IMG/VR virus record: IMGVR_UViG_3300025849_000032
Coordinates: 3,129 to 67,128 of that record
DNA: 64,000 nucleotides
DNA from: a virus
Direction: 5' to 3' (one strand)
This document shows positions 10,111-21,113 of the stretch, one piece after another. The notes below the pieces were generated by a model that was not told the origin of the DNA, made no database searches, and worked only from the letters and a program-made list of their open reading frames with translations. The translations under genes were made by a program, and so were the position numbers. Position 1 is the first letter of the stretch. Each line of letters begins with the position of its first letter.

Positions 10111-11616
10111 ATGGCAATTTCAAATGGGTCGTTACTAAACAAAGTACCGTCCGCGCAACAACAAGCTCTAGCATCTAATTATATTGACTTCGCAGGAGGT
10201 CAAACTGGATGGGAGCAACAGTATTTACCAGATCTTATGGAGAAAGAAGCTGAAGTGTTCGGTCAAAGAACTATTTCAGGATTCTTATCGCAAGTTGGAG
10301 CTGAAGAGGCTATGACAGCTGATCAAGTTGTATGGTCTGAACAAGGTAGATTACATTTATCTTACGTTGGTACAGTAGCTACTGCCGGTGATACTAACGG
10401 TACATTTACTGTAGTAAGTGATATTGATGGTTCTGCAGATGGTGAAAATGGTTTTGCGGTAGCAAATCATGGTGTTCGTGTTAACGATGTAGTTCTTGTA
10501 GCTACTGCTGGTATAGTTACTAAATGTTTAGTAGTTGAATCTCCAGCTTCAGCTGTTCTATCTCTTGAACCTTACGATAAAGCTGATTTGACTGGTCATG
10601 CTACAACTGCTAGCGGATCTGTTTTATTAGTTGTAGGTTCTGAGTATGGTAAAGGTCAGTCTTACAGTGACATCACTGGTACAGCTGCTGCTAGTAAAAG
10701 AACTGCTCTTGCACCTACTTTTAAGTCTTATAGTAATAAGCCTATCATCATGAAAGACTACTATGAAGTGTCTGGATCTGATGCGTCTCAAATTGGTTGG
10801 GTTGAAGTTTCTGGTGAAGAAGGTCAAAACGGTTACTTGTGGTATTTAAAAGCTGAAGGTGATACTCGTGCTAGATTTACAGATTACTTAGAAATGTCTA
10901 TGCTTGAAGCTGAGAAAACTGTTGCTAATTCTATCATTGGTTTTGCTGATGGGCAAATCCGTGGTGCTGCTGACGGTGGAGCTGGTTCTGCTGGTTCTGA
11001 AGGTTTATTCGCTGCTATTGAGTCTAGAGGTAATGTTACTTCTGGTATATCTGGTGTTAACGCTGCTACTGATTTAGCTGAGTTCGATGCTATCTTAGCG
11101 GAGTTTGACAAGCAAGGTGCTATTGAAGAAAACATGATGTTTGTAAATAGAGCATCGTCTCTAGCTATTGACGATATGTTAGCTTCTATGAATTCTTACG
11201 GAGCTGGCGGTACTTCTTACGGAGTATTTGACAACGACGAAGATATGGCTTTAAACTTAGGTTTCTCTGGGTTCAGAAGAGGTTCTTACGACTTCTACAA
11301 ATCTGACTTCCGTTACTTAAACGATAAAGCTACTAGAGGAGAAATCAACAGAGTTGCAGGATCTGCGGCTATTAGAGGTGTTATAATCCCTGCTGGTACT
11401 TCAACTGTTTATGACCAATCTTTAGGTTCGAATCTTAAACGTCCTTTCTTACATGTACGTTACAGAGCTTCTGCTACAGATAATCGTAAAATGAAGACTT
11501 GGGTTACAGGTTCAGTTGGAGCTGCTACATCTGCTTTAGATGCAATGCAAATCCACTACTTATCTGAAAGATGTTTAGTTACTCAAGGTGCTAACAACTT
11601 TATGTTGATGAAGTAG
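10111..11616 (+). CDS. Major capsid protein
   Basis: 501 aa, strongly biased codons (gct/ggt/tct), follows scaffold, followed by strong terminator. Confidence 0.85.
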   Translation: MAISNGSLLNKVPSAQQQALASNYIDFAGGQTGWEQQYLPDLMEKEAEVFGQRTISGFLSQVGAEEAMTADQVVWSEQGRLHLSYVGTVATAGDTNGTFTVVSDIDGSADGENGFAVANHGVRVNDVVLVATAGIVTKCLVVESPASAVLSLEPYDKADLTGHATTASGSVLLVVGSEYGKGQSYSDITGTAAASKRTALAPTFKSYSNKPIIMKDYYEVSGSDASQIGWVEVSGEEGQNGYLWYLKAEGDTRARFTDYLEMSMLEAEKTVANSIIGFADGQIRGAADGGAGSAGSEGLFAAIESRGNVTSGISGVNAATDLAEFDAILAEFDKQGAIEENMMFVNRASSLAIDDMLASMNSYGAGGTSYGVFDNDEDMALNLGFSGFRRGSYDFYKSDFRYLNDKATRGEINRVAGSAAIRGVIIPAGTSTVYDQSLGSNLKRPFLHVRYRASATDNRKMKTWVTGSVGAATSALDAMQIHYLSERCLVTQGANNFMLMK

Positions 11617-11627
11617 TATTTATACTT

Positions 11628-11659
11628 AGACTGGGGCTTCGGCCTCAGTCTTATTTTTT
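11628..11659 (+). terminator. Rho-independent terminator after capsid gene
   Basis: AGACTGGGGC-TTCG-GCCTCAGTCT followed by T-run. Confidence 0.9.
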
Positions 11660-11679
11660 AATTTTTATTATATTATATT

Positions 11680-12531
11680 ATGGCTAAAAAGCAAACAAAA
11701 CCAACAGCAAAGAAAGAAGTTGTTGTAGAACAAGAGGTTGTGGAAGTAATGGAACAACCAACAATTACTAAATCTACTAGAGTTGAAAAGACTAATAAAG
11801 TCCTCAACGATGGATGGGAACTGAAAGATAGAATTTACAGATTAAAAGGCAATAAAAAACCTTTATCAAGATCTATTAAGTCAGCTAACATACACTGGTT
11901 TGATGAAGAAAAAGGCTACGAAAGAGAGCTAAAGTATTGTTCCAACCAAAGAACTCCGTTTGTTGATGAAATGGTAGGTGACCAAAGACTAGAACATATT
12001 GTGTTTAGAAATGGTATGCTGATCGTAGAAAAACAAAAAGTTGTTTTACAGAAATTACTATCCTTGTATCACCCAGACGTTAGCACTTTATTTTACGAAG
12101 AGATGCCAGTAGCTAATGCTGTTAACGAAATTGAGTGGTTGGAATTAGAGATAGAAGCATTGAATGCTGCTAGAGATATAGACATTGATTTAGCTGAGGC
12201 TGTTATGCGTGTTGAAATAGGCTCTAAGGTGTCAGAGATGAGTTCTAAGGAACTTAGAAGAGATTTGATGCTATATGCTAAGAGAAACCCAGAATTGTTC
12301 TTAGAGTTAGTAAATGATGACAACGTTGTTCTAAGAAACTTTGGTATTAAAGCAACAGAACTAAACATTATAAAGTTATCATCAGATCAAAGACACTTTA
12401 CGTGGGGATCTAACGATAGAAAACTTATGACAGTTCCGTTTGACGAACACCCGTATTCCGCACTTGCACAGTGGTTTAAAACTGATGAAGGTATGGAGGT
12501 ATATACTAATATTGAGAAGCGGTTATCTTAA
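11680..12531 (+). CDS. Conserved phage protein (structural module)
   Basis: 283 aa ORF in head-tail cluster. Confidence 0.7.
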   Translation: MAKKQTKPTAKKEVVVEQEVVEVMEQPTITKSTRVEKTNKVLNDGWELKDRIYRLKGNKKPLSRSIKSANIHWFDEEKGYERELKYCSNQRTPFVDEMVGDQRLEHIVFRNGMLIVEKQKVVLQKLLSLYHPDVSTLFYEEMPVANAVNEIEWLELEIEALNAARDIDIDLAEAVMRVEIGSKVSEMSSKELRRDLMLYAKRNPELFLELVNDDNVVLRNFGIKATELNIIKLSSDQRHFTWGSNDRKLMTVPFDEHPYSALAQWFKTDEGMEVYTNIEKRLS

Positions 12532-12621
12532 CCGCGTCTCTTTAATAACAAAAAAGTAAAAAGCGTCATTACAACCCGATGACACACTGAACAATTATAA
12601 ATTTTTTAAAAGATTGAAAAA

Positions 12622-13035
12622 ATGGGAAGAGTATTTTTTAACACAAGAGTAAATTTAGACACGACGAATTGTACTGGCACTGACACTTACGTTATGTTAG
12701 CTAGCGACACAGGTAAAACATTTATGGTAAGCGGTGGTGCGCAAGCAATAACGTTACTACCTGCAGCTGATATGATAGAAGGTTGGCATTGTAGATTTGT
12801 AACTTCAGCGTCTCCAAGTGGAGATAAAACTATTGGTGCTGGGAGTGCTGTAGTAAGCGGCTCATGTCAAGATGCTGGTAATGGTGTTGGTTGCGGTACT
12901 GATGGTACACCTGTGACTAATATTATTATAGAAGCTGCTTCACAAGCTGGTAACTGGTTAGATATATTTTGCGATGGATCTGCATATTACTTTAATGCTT
13001 CTGCAAGTCAAGACGCAGCATTTACTACGTCATAA
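12622..13035 (+). CDS. Putative minor virion/decoration protein
   Basis: Ala/Gly/Thr-rich beta-type sequence, ITLLPAA...GW motif common to fibre/decoration domains. Confidence 0.6.
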   Translation: MGRVFFNTRVNLDTTNCTGTDTYVMLASDTGKTFMVSGGAQAITLLPAADMIEGWHCRFVTSASPSGDKTIGAGSAVVSGSCQDAGNGVGCGTDGTPVTNIIIEAASQAGNWLDIFCDGSAYYFNASASQDAAFTTS

Positions 13036-13127
13036 TAGCTTAACACTAAATAAGCATAAACCCTAATCCTTGAACTTTAAACCTTAATTCATAACAAATT
13101 ATTTATTAATTATTAAACAAAAACAAA

Positions 13128-13469
13128 ATGGAAAAGTATTTGTATTTCGCACAAGGCGATGGAGCTAACGCTACTAGTGAAGCTGTAATGTACCCTGTAT
13201 CTGCGTTTAGAGGAGCTGATGTTGCCGCTGATTCGGTAGTGTTATATTTCAAACCTAGTGCGATAGGTGATGCAGTCGCTACGAGTGATGTTAATGATAA
13301 AATTACATTAACAATAACTGATGGTGATCAAAAAGCTGTATTAAAAGCAATTGCTGAAGCAATGGTAGGATCAAACTTGAAATCACCTTTCACAGTTATT
13401 GCAGATGAAGACAATGGTGTATTCGTACACTCTAGTATTACTGTGTGTGAAACTGTATTAGCGGCTTAA
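13128..13469 (+). CDS. Putative virion protein
   Basis: 113 aa ORF with A-rich leader, followed by terminator. Confidence 0.65.
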   Translation: MEKYLYFAQGDGANATSEAVMYPVSAFRGADVAADSVVLYFKPSAIGDAVATSDVNDKITLTITDGDQKAVLKAIAEAMVGSNLKSPFTVIADEDNGVFVHSSITVCETVLAA

Positions 13470-13489
13470 TCACTAAGTAACTTAATATT

Positions 13490-13521
13490 AATAGCCATCC
13501 TTGCGGGTGGCTATTTTTTTT
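13490..13521 (+). terminator. Rho-independent terminator
   Basis: AATAGCCATCC-TTGC-GGGTGGCTATT then T-run. Confidence 0.9.
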
Positions 13522-13530
13522 GCCCAATAG

Positions 13531-13560
13531 TAACTCCTCGCTTTACTATGTAACTATAAT
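13531..13560 (+). promoter_or_regulatory. Class II (middle/late) promoter candidate TAAMT-N13-TGTRA
   Basis: TAACT cctcgctttacta TGTAActataat, just after a terminator; same spacing at 23820, 34245 and 55143(-). Confidence 0.7.
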
Positions 13561-13578
13561 ATTGTAAAATAATATGAT

Positions 13579-13743
13579 ATGAAATCAACAGGATTAGGTG
13601 ACACAATCGAGCGTATAACACGTTTCACAGGTATAAAAAAATTAGTGGACTTTGTAAATAAAGAAATATTAGGCAAGGACGATTGTGGTTGTAATAAAAG
13701 GAAGACTTGGCTTAACAGGTTGTTCCCTTATAAAAATAAATAA
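13579..13743 (+). CDS. Small protein, 54 aa (MKSTGLGDTIERITRFTGIKK...DDCGCNKRKTWLNRLFPY), not in ORF track
   Basis: ATG 13579 to TAA 13743, directly after class II promoter and 2 nt before next ATG. Confidence 0.75.
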   Translation: MKSTGLGDTIERITRFTGIKKLVDFVNKEILGKDDCGCNKRKTWLNRLFPYKNK

Positions 13744-13745
13744 TT

Positions 13746-14483
13746 ATGGCAATAAGCGTAGACGCGGTACATCAGCAGGTTTTGGCTATAGCTAATAAAG
13801 AACAAAGGGGATATATAACACCTCAAGAGTTCAACTTATTAGCTAAGAAGGCTCAGCTTGATATATTTGAATCTTACTTTCAAGAAATTAGAAGTAATCA
13901 AATAAGACCTGGTAATAACACTGAATACAGTGATCAATTAGAAATACTTAGAGAAAAAATAGCTCCTTTTGAAAGGTATAAGCAAGCTATGTCAGCTGTA
14001 TCTGGTAACGAGCTAACACTGCCTACTACTACTAAAGTTCATAAATTAGGCCCAGTATTTTATACCGCAACAGGTGATACAGGCCAAACCGTAGTAGATA
14101 AAGTTGAAAATGAAGACTTAGAGTATATGCTAAGAAACCCTAAGACTGCTCCTACTAGTAGAAGACCGGTGTATATCAGAAAGTCAAGTGTAATAATAAA
14201 GTTATTTCCTTCGAGTCCTATAACAACTTATAGTACTTCTAATGTTACTTGTGATTATATAGCTAAACCTAATGACCCTAATTGGACGTACGTAGTCGTT
14301 AACGGTAAAGCATTATTCAATGGTTCTAGCGCTGACAAGGAAGACTTCCAGTTACATGCTTCAGAAGAAGGTAAGTTAGTTAATAAAATATTAGAGCTGG
14401 CTGGTATAGTTATAGAAAAACCTAGACTAACTGAAGCTGCTCTTAGAAATGATGCTATAAACGAAGCATTTAAAAATAGATAA
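13746..14483 (+). CDS. Tail tubular/adaptor ring protein
   Basis: ANKEQRGYITPQEFN motif; position after head genes as in crAss-like/P22-type short tails. Confidence 0.65.
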   Translation: MAISVDAVHQQVLAIANKEQRGYITPQEFNLLAKKAQLDIFESYFQEIRSNQIRPGNNTEYSDQLEILREKIAPFERYKQAMSAVSGNELTLPTTTKVHKLGPVFYTATGDTGQTVVDKVENEDLEYMLRNPKTAPTSRRPVYIRKSSVIIKLFPSSPITTYSTSNVTCDYIAKPNDPNWTYVVVNGKALFNGSSADKEDFQLHASEEGKLVNKILELAGIVIEKPRLTEAALRNDAINEAFKNR

Positions 14484-14485
14484 TT

Positions 14486-15382
14486 ATGGGACTTTTAAGC
14501 GCAACTCAAGAACAGTACTACGATTCAACCAACAAAGGTAATTACCAATTTGTAAGTTTAGACGAAATAATAAGCTCTTTCATGGTAGTTTACGTAGGTG
14601 AAGGTAAGATATTAACTAAAGTTAACAGAACAGACGTTCAGTTTCACGGTATGAGAGCTATACAAGAGTTATCATACGATGTTTTAAGATCGCACAAAGC
14701 TTTTGAGCAAGAAGTGCCAAGCACTCTAGTAATGCCATTACCTCAAGATTATGTCAACTATACTAAGATAGTTAGAGTTGATGGTAAAGGTATAGAAAAA
14801 CCTATATACCCTACTAACAGAACTTCTAATCCTTTTCCTATAAGCCAATCAGCTGATAATGCATATCAATTTAGCGGTGGTAACTTGTCAGTCCAAGGCA
14901 CTGATACTAGTGATTCAAACCCTTATAATTCAGATACTAGAAACAATTTTAGCTCTATAGAAGCTAACAACGTTGAGTACGATTACGATGACGCTGATAT
15001 TTTAGATGAACATTTTATGGGTCGTAGATACGGCTTAGATCCTCAGCATGCTCAAATAAACGGTACTTTTTTTATAGATAATTCTACAGGGTACATACAC
15101 TTTAGTTCTGACTTAGCAGGTGAGACTATAACTCTTAAGTACATAAGTGATGGACTAGGTACAGACAGTGAAATGATAGTTCATAAGTTTTGTGAAGAGG
15201 CTATATATAAACACATAATGTATGCTTTGGTTTCTGGAAGATCAAATATACCTGAGTATATAGTAAATAGATTTAAAAAAGAAAGATTTGCAGAAACTAG
15301 AAAAGCTAAAATTAGACTTTCTAATATCAAGATAGAAGAGTTTACCCAAGTTTTAAGAGGGTTAAGTAAACCTATTAAATAA
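14486..15382 (+). CDS. Tail ring/structural protein
   Basis: LPQDYVNYTKI and LKYISDG motifs; between tubular protein and nozzle. Confidence 0.6.
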   Translation: MGLLSATQEQYYDSTNKGNYQFVSLDEIISSFMVVYVGEGKILTKVNRTDVQFHGMRAIQELSYDVLRSHKAFEQEVPSTLVMPLPQDYVNYTKIVRVDGKGIEKPIYPTNRTSNPFPISQSADNAYQFSGGNLSVQGTDTSDSNPYNSDTRNNFSSIEANNVEYDYDDADILDEHFMGRRYGLDPQHAQINGTFFIDNSTGYIHFSSDLAGETITLKYISDGLGTDSEMIVHKFCEEAIYKHIMYALVSGRSNIPEYIVNRFKKERFAETRKAKIRLSNIKIEEFTQVLRGLSKPIK

Positions 15383-15388
15383 TAACTC

Positions 15389-18300
15389 ATGGCAGAAATA
15401 AAACATTCGTTTCAGGCTGGTAGGATGAATAAAGATCTTGATGAAAGATTAGTTCCTAATGGTGAATATAGAGACGCTTTAAACATAGAAGTAAGAACAT
15501 CGGGTGACAGTGATGTAGGCGCAGCTCAGACTTTGTACGGTAATATAGAAAGACTACCTGCAGCAAAAGATAGTGAAGTTAATGCTACTGAACTATGGAC
15601 TGGAGAGAAAAGTTCTTTCACCGGTTCTATAGCTGATGAAAGAAACAATAAAGCTTATTTTTTTGTAGCTTGTTCTCCTATACCTAGAACTACTATAACC
15701 TCTATTGATATAGTAAACGAAAAAATATACAAAGATATGATTATCGAATATGATAATGTATCTAAAAAAATAGAGCCTGTATTTGTAGACATATTTAGAG
15801 TAGATCTTCCAGGTATTAGAGCTCACTCTGCTAATGTGTTAAACCTTCAAATACTAAAGCTAAGCACTAGTGATGCAGCATTGATAAAGCCAGGCATGAG
15901 TGTTCAAGCTATAGATGATACTGGTCACAACTTATTGAATCCTCAGTACAGTATTTCAGCTAATGGGCAAAGTGATATTAAGGTATTGTCAGTACTTTCA
16001 AATGGGAATGTCTACTTGAATAAGTCAATAGATTATATACCTCCAGGTAGTAATGATATAGCTTGGATTTTTGGTGGGTTAAAAACAGAACACGTACTTA
16101 ACTTTACTAGAAAAGATAAAGAACAAAGAAAACTAATTACAGCTGTAAATATAGTAGATGATTTTTTATTTTGGACAGACTATAATTCAGAGCCAAAAAA
16201 AATAAGCATAAATAGATCTAAGAAAGGTACTCAAAGCTTTGACTCTTACACTGAGTTGATGCTTGATAATACAGATTGGAATAGTTCAGGCTTAACATCA
16301 GTATCCAGCTTAGATCTTGGTACTCATCCGACTGAGGCTAATAGAGGTAATGCTAAAGAAGAGCATATCACCGTAATAAGAAAAGCTCCTCGTACTGCTC
16401 CTAAACTTAACATGTCGTCTTACAAGGATGGCATAGAAAAAGATCTTTTAGGTACTTTCTCGTTTGACTTAAGCTCTAGTGAAAACGATAATATATCACA
16501 GTTTGAATCTCAAGATGAAATTACTATTAATACATCTTCGCTAGATGCTGTATCTGTAGGTACTACTCTTATATTGGAATGCAAGAGCGTTAGCCCAACA
16601 GTAGGCATGGTGGTTACAGTGTTAGAAGCTCTAGATGGTAGTGCTTATAAATGTACTATAGAAAGTCATAGTACTGGCCTTGAGAGTAATATTCACGAAG
16701 ACTGGTCAATAAGAGTAGAGCAGAACAAGCCATTGTTTGAATTAAAGTTTGGTAGATTTTCTTATAGATATAAATACCAAGATGGTGAGTATTCTACTTT
16801 CGCACCTTGGTCAGAGTTGGCTTTTATTCCTGGGCGTTTTGATTACATACCTAAGAAAGGTTACAACTTAGGAATGGTTAATACCGTTAGGTATTTAAGA
16901 GTTGAAGAGTTTGTACCTAATCACAATCAAAGACCTGATGATGTTGTTGAGGTTGATATTCTATATAAAGATACTACGTCACCTAACGTGTATGTGGTTA
17001 AATCTATAAAAAGAGATAGAAACCCAGAGTGGAATGAGTCTAATGGTAGCGAGCATGATGGAGTTTTAAATGTAACTTCTGAGATGATACATAGAACGCT
17101 GCCTTCATCTCAAACTTTAAGATCTTGGGATAACGTACCTAGATACGCTAAGTCGCAGGAGATAACAGGTAATAGACTTTTGTATGGTAATTATGTGCAA
17201 AACTATAATGTCAACCAACCTATAGCGGTTAAAACAGGTTTAGAATCTTTAGAGCACAAGCTTGACCCGAGGGTAGCAATATCTTCACTTAACGAACCTA
17301 CAGCGTACTGGCCTAGCAAGTCAGTTAAATCTATTAGAAACTATAGAGTTGGAGTTGTGTTTGGAGATAAGTACGGTAGAGAAACTCCAGTACTAGGTGT
17401 TGGGGGTTTAATACCAAGTACGACTAACATAGACTCTCATGTGCCTGAAAGCTTAAATATTGAAAAAAAATATTCAGCAAATAATAATAAAATAACAGCT
17501 CAAGTTGAGTGGGGTAATACAAACCCATCAAACTGGATGGAGTACTACAAGTTCTTTATAAAAGAAACATCTTCGGAGTATTACAACTTAGTCATGGATA
17601 GGTGGTACAACGCTGAGGATGGAAATGTATGGCTATCGTTCCAGTCTTCAGATAGGAATAAGTTAGACATAGAAACCTACTTAATACTAAAAAACGGACA
17701 CGGTAGCCAAGAACCCGTAGAAGAAGAAGCTAGATTTAAGATATTAGCAATAGAAAACGAAGCGCCTGATCATATAAAGACTACTAATAAAATACTAGGA
17801 GCTCAATTCTTATCTTCAGACTTTAATGTGATAACTAGCCTACACGAAACTATGATAGCATCTTTTGATGAGTCACAGTGGAACAACGTATTTAATGGTA
17901 TCAGTTTTGAAGGCATTGGATACGCTAGAGTTAGAATGATTAAAGGTACCGATATAAAGCATTCTCAATGGGTTAAAATATCAAGAATAAATAGCATAAA
18001 TTACTCTGTAAGTCTAATTGAAACTATAGGCGAATCTGCTAATATAGTAGGTCTTTTTGGAACTTCATCAGGAGTTACAGTTGAGTTAGAGATAAAAGAC
18101 GCCGTAGTAGAAAACAGACCAGAGTTTGATGGTAGATTTTTTGTTAAAATATTTAGGGACTCTATATTGTCACAATATGTACTGGGCGAAACTCAAGATG
18201 AAGTAACGTATGGAGTTAAAAATGCTTTTCAAGCTGGTTATGTTTATGATGAAAAAACTGGTAACGCAAATCAAAACGCAGCTCAGCAAGGTGATTGGAC

Positions 18301-21112
18301 TACTGGGTCTCAAGTAGGTACGATATACGGTGGAGGAAGCTATGTTTGGGATGGTAACGGTATAACTTCCGATGATGTTACACATCTAGGTACTTGTTCT
18401 AGAAAAGTTAATACAAAGAATTTTTGGACTTGGTACCAATCAGATGGTCCTTTAGGTAGTAACAATACACCTAGAAGTCATACGTGGTTTTTAGATGATA
18501 CTAAAGTAGCTGGAGAATATTTCGAACCTCAATATAATGATGCAGACGGCGGAGAAGTATCAGGTTCGTCATCAGTGGTTGAGCAGAATAGAAATAATGG
18601 ATTAGATGAAGGGGCTTACTATAGTGGTCAACCTGTTAGTGGTAAGTCTAAGATGACTTTCTCTATAATATCAAACAGTCCACCTAACGCACAGACGATG
18701 CCTTTCATGAACTCTATGACTACCATCGGTACTTACTTTAGGTTTGCCGCTGATCCTAATAAAGAAGTTTACCAAGTGATTGGCGCTGGAAATCTTTACA
18801 AGAACCACAATTACCATTACACTGATTTTTTACTAAATATAAATGGTACTGGCTGTCAGAAATGTGAAGAGAGCGACCACTGGAGTTGTTTTAGACAATC
18901 TTTTATAACTAGATTTGCTAAGGTTAGTGATCCTTTACAAGGATTAGATACTAGTGCTTGGGATCCTAGATCTGCAATACCACACGATGGTAAAGCTGCT
19001 ATGAACATACAGATACTAGTAGCTAATATTGATCTTGCTGAACCTTTAGAAATAGAAAACAATGATAATGCTATATGGGAGACTGAACCTAAAGAGAGTG
19101 TTGAGTTAGATTTATACTACGAGGCTAGTGATGCTTTACCTATATACTTAAACCACAGTAACAATAAATCATTCGTACCTTTGAACTCAACTGTTAGTAG
19201 GACTACTACAGGTGGGCTATCTACTCCTTTTCATATATATTACGGTATTGGGCAGTTTTTTAGAAATACGAAAATAATAGTTAGTAATATAGCTAGAGAT
19301 ATAGTTACCTTGCTTAATGTTGGTACTGTTGAAAATCAAGTAGCTCAATCCCAAGGTAGTGCTAAAGCTCAAATCAGTATAGGTGAGAAACTAAAGTATA
19401 CCCACAGCAACGGTATGGTTACTGAAACAGAGGTACTAGATCACTGGAACTCTAATGGTAACCTTAACCAAAGCTATAGCCCATCTGAAGAAATAATACT
19501 ATCTATAAGTGAGGCTAAAGTTTTAGCTTCTAACCCTTCAAGCCCTAGGGTATTAACTGTCTCTGCGAGTGAGACAAATATATCACATACAGGCGACCCG
19601 TTATTTAAATCTGACGGGTCTAGAACATGGGAGGTTATAAGTGAGAATATACCTAGAGGAACTTTTGTAGTCTCTAATAATCAACTTGATTATTTCAACA
19701 GCGTTACAGAAACTTCGCTAGATCCTATAAGTAAAGGTATACAACCTAATACTAGTACTACTACATTGTATCTTATAAGGCCCGGTGAAGAAGATTCTTT
19801 AGGTTTTATAACCTCTGCACCTCTCACACTTTTTACATGGCAAACACAGGATGTTATTTTTAGAGAAGTCACTGGTAATTTTAGATTAAAGTATGATACT
19901 TATAAAAGTAAAGTTACCTTACCTTGGTTTAACTGCTACTCTTTCGGTAACGGACTAGAGTCTGATAGAATTAGAGACGACTTTAATGCGCCTACTATCG
20001 ACAATGGATGCAAGGTCTCTACAACTCTAGATGTATATGGGGAAGAAACCAGAGGTAGTGGGTTGATATACTCAGGTATATATAATTCTAATAGCGGCGT
20101 TAACGCTTTTAATGAATTTAATATGGCTGAAAAAGTAACTAAAGATCTTAACCCATCGTACGGTACTATACAAGCTCTAAAATCTAGAGACACTAACGTA
20201 GTTGCTTTTTGTGAAGATAAAGTGTTAAGAATATTGGCTAACAAAGATGCTTTGTTTAACGCTGATGGTAATGTAAATGTAACTGCCTCGTCTAACGTAC
20301 TAGGTGATGCAACTGCTTTTTCTGGAGATTACGGAATATCTTTAAACCCGGAGTCACTGGCGGTTGATGGTTACAGAATGTATTTCACTGATGTTCAAAG
20401 AAGAAAGATATTAAGATTGTCACAAGATGGTTTAACTCTAATATCTAATAACGGTATGACCACTTACTTTAGAGACACATTGCAAGGTACTAAAGATGTT
20501 CTAGGTACTTTTGATGAAGTTAAGGGTGAGTACAATGTGACTATTGGTTATACTCCAAACAGAAATATAACTAAGCCTAGCCAAACAGTTTCGTTCAGCG
20601 AAAGAGCAAAAGGTTGGTCAAGCTTTAAGTCTTTTATTCCTGAAACTGGATTATCTATAAATGAAGAGTATATAACTGGTGTTGAGTCAAGACTATGGAG
20701 TCATCACGATGAAACAGTTAACGCTAATACTTTTTACGGTACAAAATATAACTCAACTATAGACGTAATGTTTAATGACGTGCCTGGTAGTATCAAGACA
20801 TTTAACACTATAAATTATGAAGGTACTCAAGCTAAAATATCTAAATCCTCTGGAGACGGAGAATACTACAATATAACAGCTAAGGAAGGCTGGTATGTTG
20901 AGTCATTCAACACAGATAAGCAAGAAGCATCTGTCTACGACTTTATAGAGAAAGAAGGTAAGTGGTTCAATAACATAACCGGCTTAGCAACTACTTTAAA
21001 AAACCTAGATACATCTGAGTTTTCAGTTCAAGGCATTGGAAATGTTAGTTCTGTAAATGCTCCTGATGCTCCTACGTCTGTAACATTAACAATAACAGAA
21101 AACAACGATTAA
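15389..21112 (+). CDS. Tail stabilisation/nozzle protein (P22 gp10/crAss muzzle-like), 1907 aa
   Basis: N-terminal GRMNKDLDERLVPNGEYRDALN, FWTD, RFSYRYKY, GNRLLYGNY, C-terminal GWSSFKSF and EKEGKWF motifs. Confidence 0.75.
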   Translation: MAEIKHSFQAGRMNKDLDERLVPNGEYRDALNIEVRTSGDSDVGAAQTLYGNIERLPAAKDSEVNATELWTGEKSSFTGSIADERNNKAYFFVACSPIPRTTITSIDIVNEKIYKDMIIEYDNVSKKIEPVFVDIFRVDLPGIRAHSANVLNLQILKLSTSDAALIKPGMSVQAIDDTGHNLLNPQYSISANGQSDIKVLSVLSNGNVYLNKSIDYIPPGSNDIAWIFGGLKTEHVLNFTRKDKEQRKLITAVNIVDDFLFWTDYNSEPKKISINRSKKGTQSFDSYTELMLDNTDWNSSGLTSVSSLDLGTHPTEANRGNAKEEHITVIRKAPRTAPKLNMSSYKDGIEKDLLGTFSFDLSSSENDNISQFESQDEITINTSSLDAVSVGTTLILECKSVSPTVGMVVTVLEALDGSAYKCTIESHSTGLESNIHEDWSIRVEQNKPLFELKFGRFSYRYKYQDGEYSTFAPWSELAFIPGRFDYIPKKGYNLGMVNTVRYLRVEEFVPNHNQRPDDVVEVDILYKDTTSPNVYVVKSIKRDRNPEWNESNGSEHDGVLNVTSEMIHRTLPSSQTLRSWDNVPRYAKSQEITGNRLLYGNYVQNYNVNQPIAVKTGLESLEHKLDPRVAISSLNEPTAYWPSKSVKSIRNYRVGVVFGDKYGRETPVLGVGGLIPSTTNIDSHVPESLNIEKKYSANNNKITAQVEWGNTNPSNWMEYYKFFIKETSSEYYNLVMDRWYNAEDGNVWLSFQSSDRNKLDIETYLILKNGHGSQEPVEEEARFKILAIENEAPDHIKTTNKILGAQFLSSDFNVITSLHETMIASFDESQWNNVFNGISFEGIGYARVRMIKGTDIKHSQWVKISRINSINYSVSLIETIGESANIVGLFGTSSGVTVELEIKDAVVENRPEFDGRFFVKIFRDSILSQYVLGETQDEVTYGVKNAFQAGYVYDEKTGNANQNAAQQGDWTTGSQVGTIYGGGSYVWDGNGITSDDVTHLGTCSRKVNTKNFWTWYQSDGPLGSNNTPRSHTWFLDDTKVAGEYFEPQYNDADGGEVSGSSSVVEQNRNNGLDEGAYYSGQPVSGKSKMTFSIISNSPPNAQTMPFMNSMTTIGTYFRFAADPNKEVYQVIGAGNLYKNHNYHYTDFLLNINGTGCQKCEESDHWSCFRQSFITRFAKVSDPLQGLDTSAWDPRSAIPHDGKAAMNIQILVANIDLAEPLEIENNDNAIWETEPKESVELDLYYEASDALPIYLNHSNNKSFVPLNSTVSRTTTGGLSTPFHIYYGIGQFFRNTKIIVSNIARDIVTLLNVGTVENQVAQSQGSAKAQISIGEKLKYTHSNGMVTETEVLDHWNSNGNLNQSYSPSEEIILSISEAKVLASNPSSPRVLTVSASETNISHTGDPLFKSDGSRTWEVISENIPRGTFVVSNNQLDYFNSVTETSLDPISKGIQPNTSTTTLYLIRPGEEDSLGFITSAPLTLFTWQTQDVIFREVTGNFRLKYDTYKSKVTLPWFNCYSFGNGLESDRIRDDFNAPTIDNGCKVSTTLDVYGEETRGSGLIYSGIYNSNSGVNAFNEFNMAEKVTKDLNPSYGTIQALKSRDTNVVAFCEDKVLRILANKDALFNADGNVNVTASSNVLGDATAFSGDYGISLNPESLAVDGYRMYFTDVQRRKILRLSQDGLTLISNNGMTTYFRDTLQGTKDVLGTFDEVKGEYNVTIGYTPNRNITKPSQTVSFSERAKGWSSFKSFIPETGLSINEEYITGVESRLWSHHDETVNANTFYGTKYNSTIDVMFNDVPGSIKTFNTINYEGTQAKISKSSGDGEYYNITAKEGWYVESFNTDKQEASVYDFIEKEGKWFNNITGLATTLKNLDTSEFSVQGIGNVSSVNAPDAPTSVTLTITENND

Positions 21113-21113
21113 T

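Noticed and set aside
11424-11437. T-arm-like AGG-TTCGAAT-CTT
   Set aside because: Lies inside the capsid CDS with no acceptor stem; chance match
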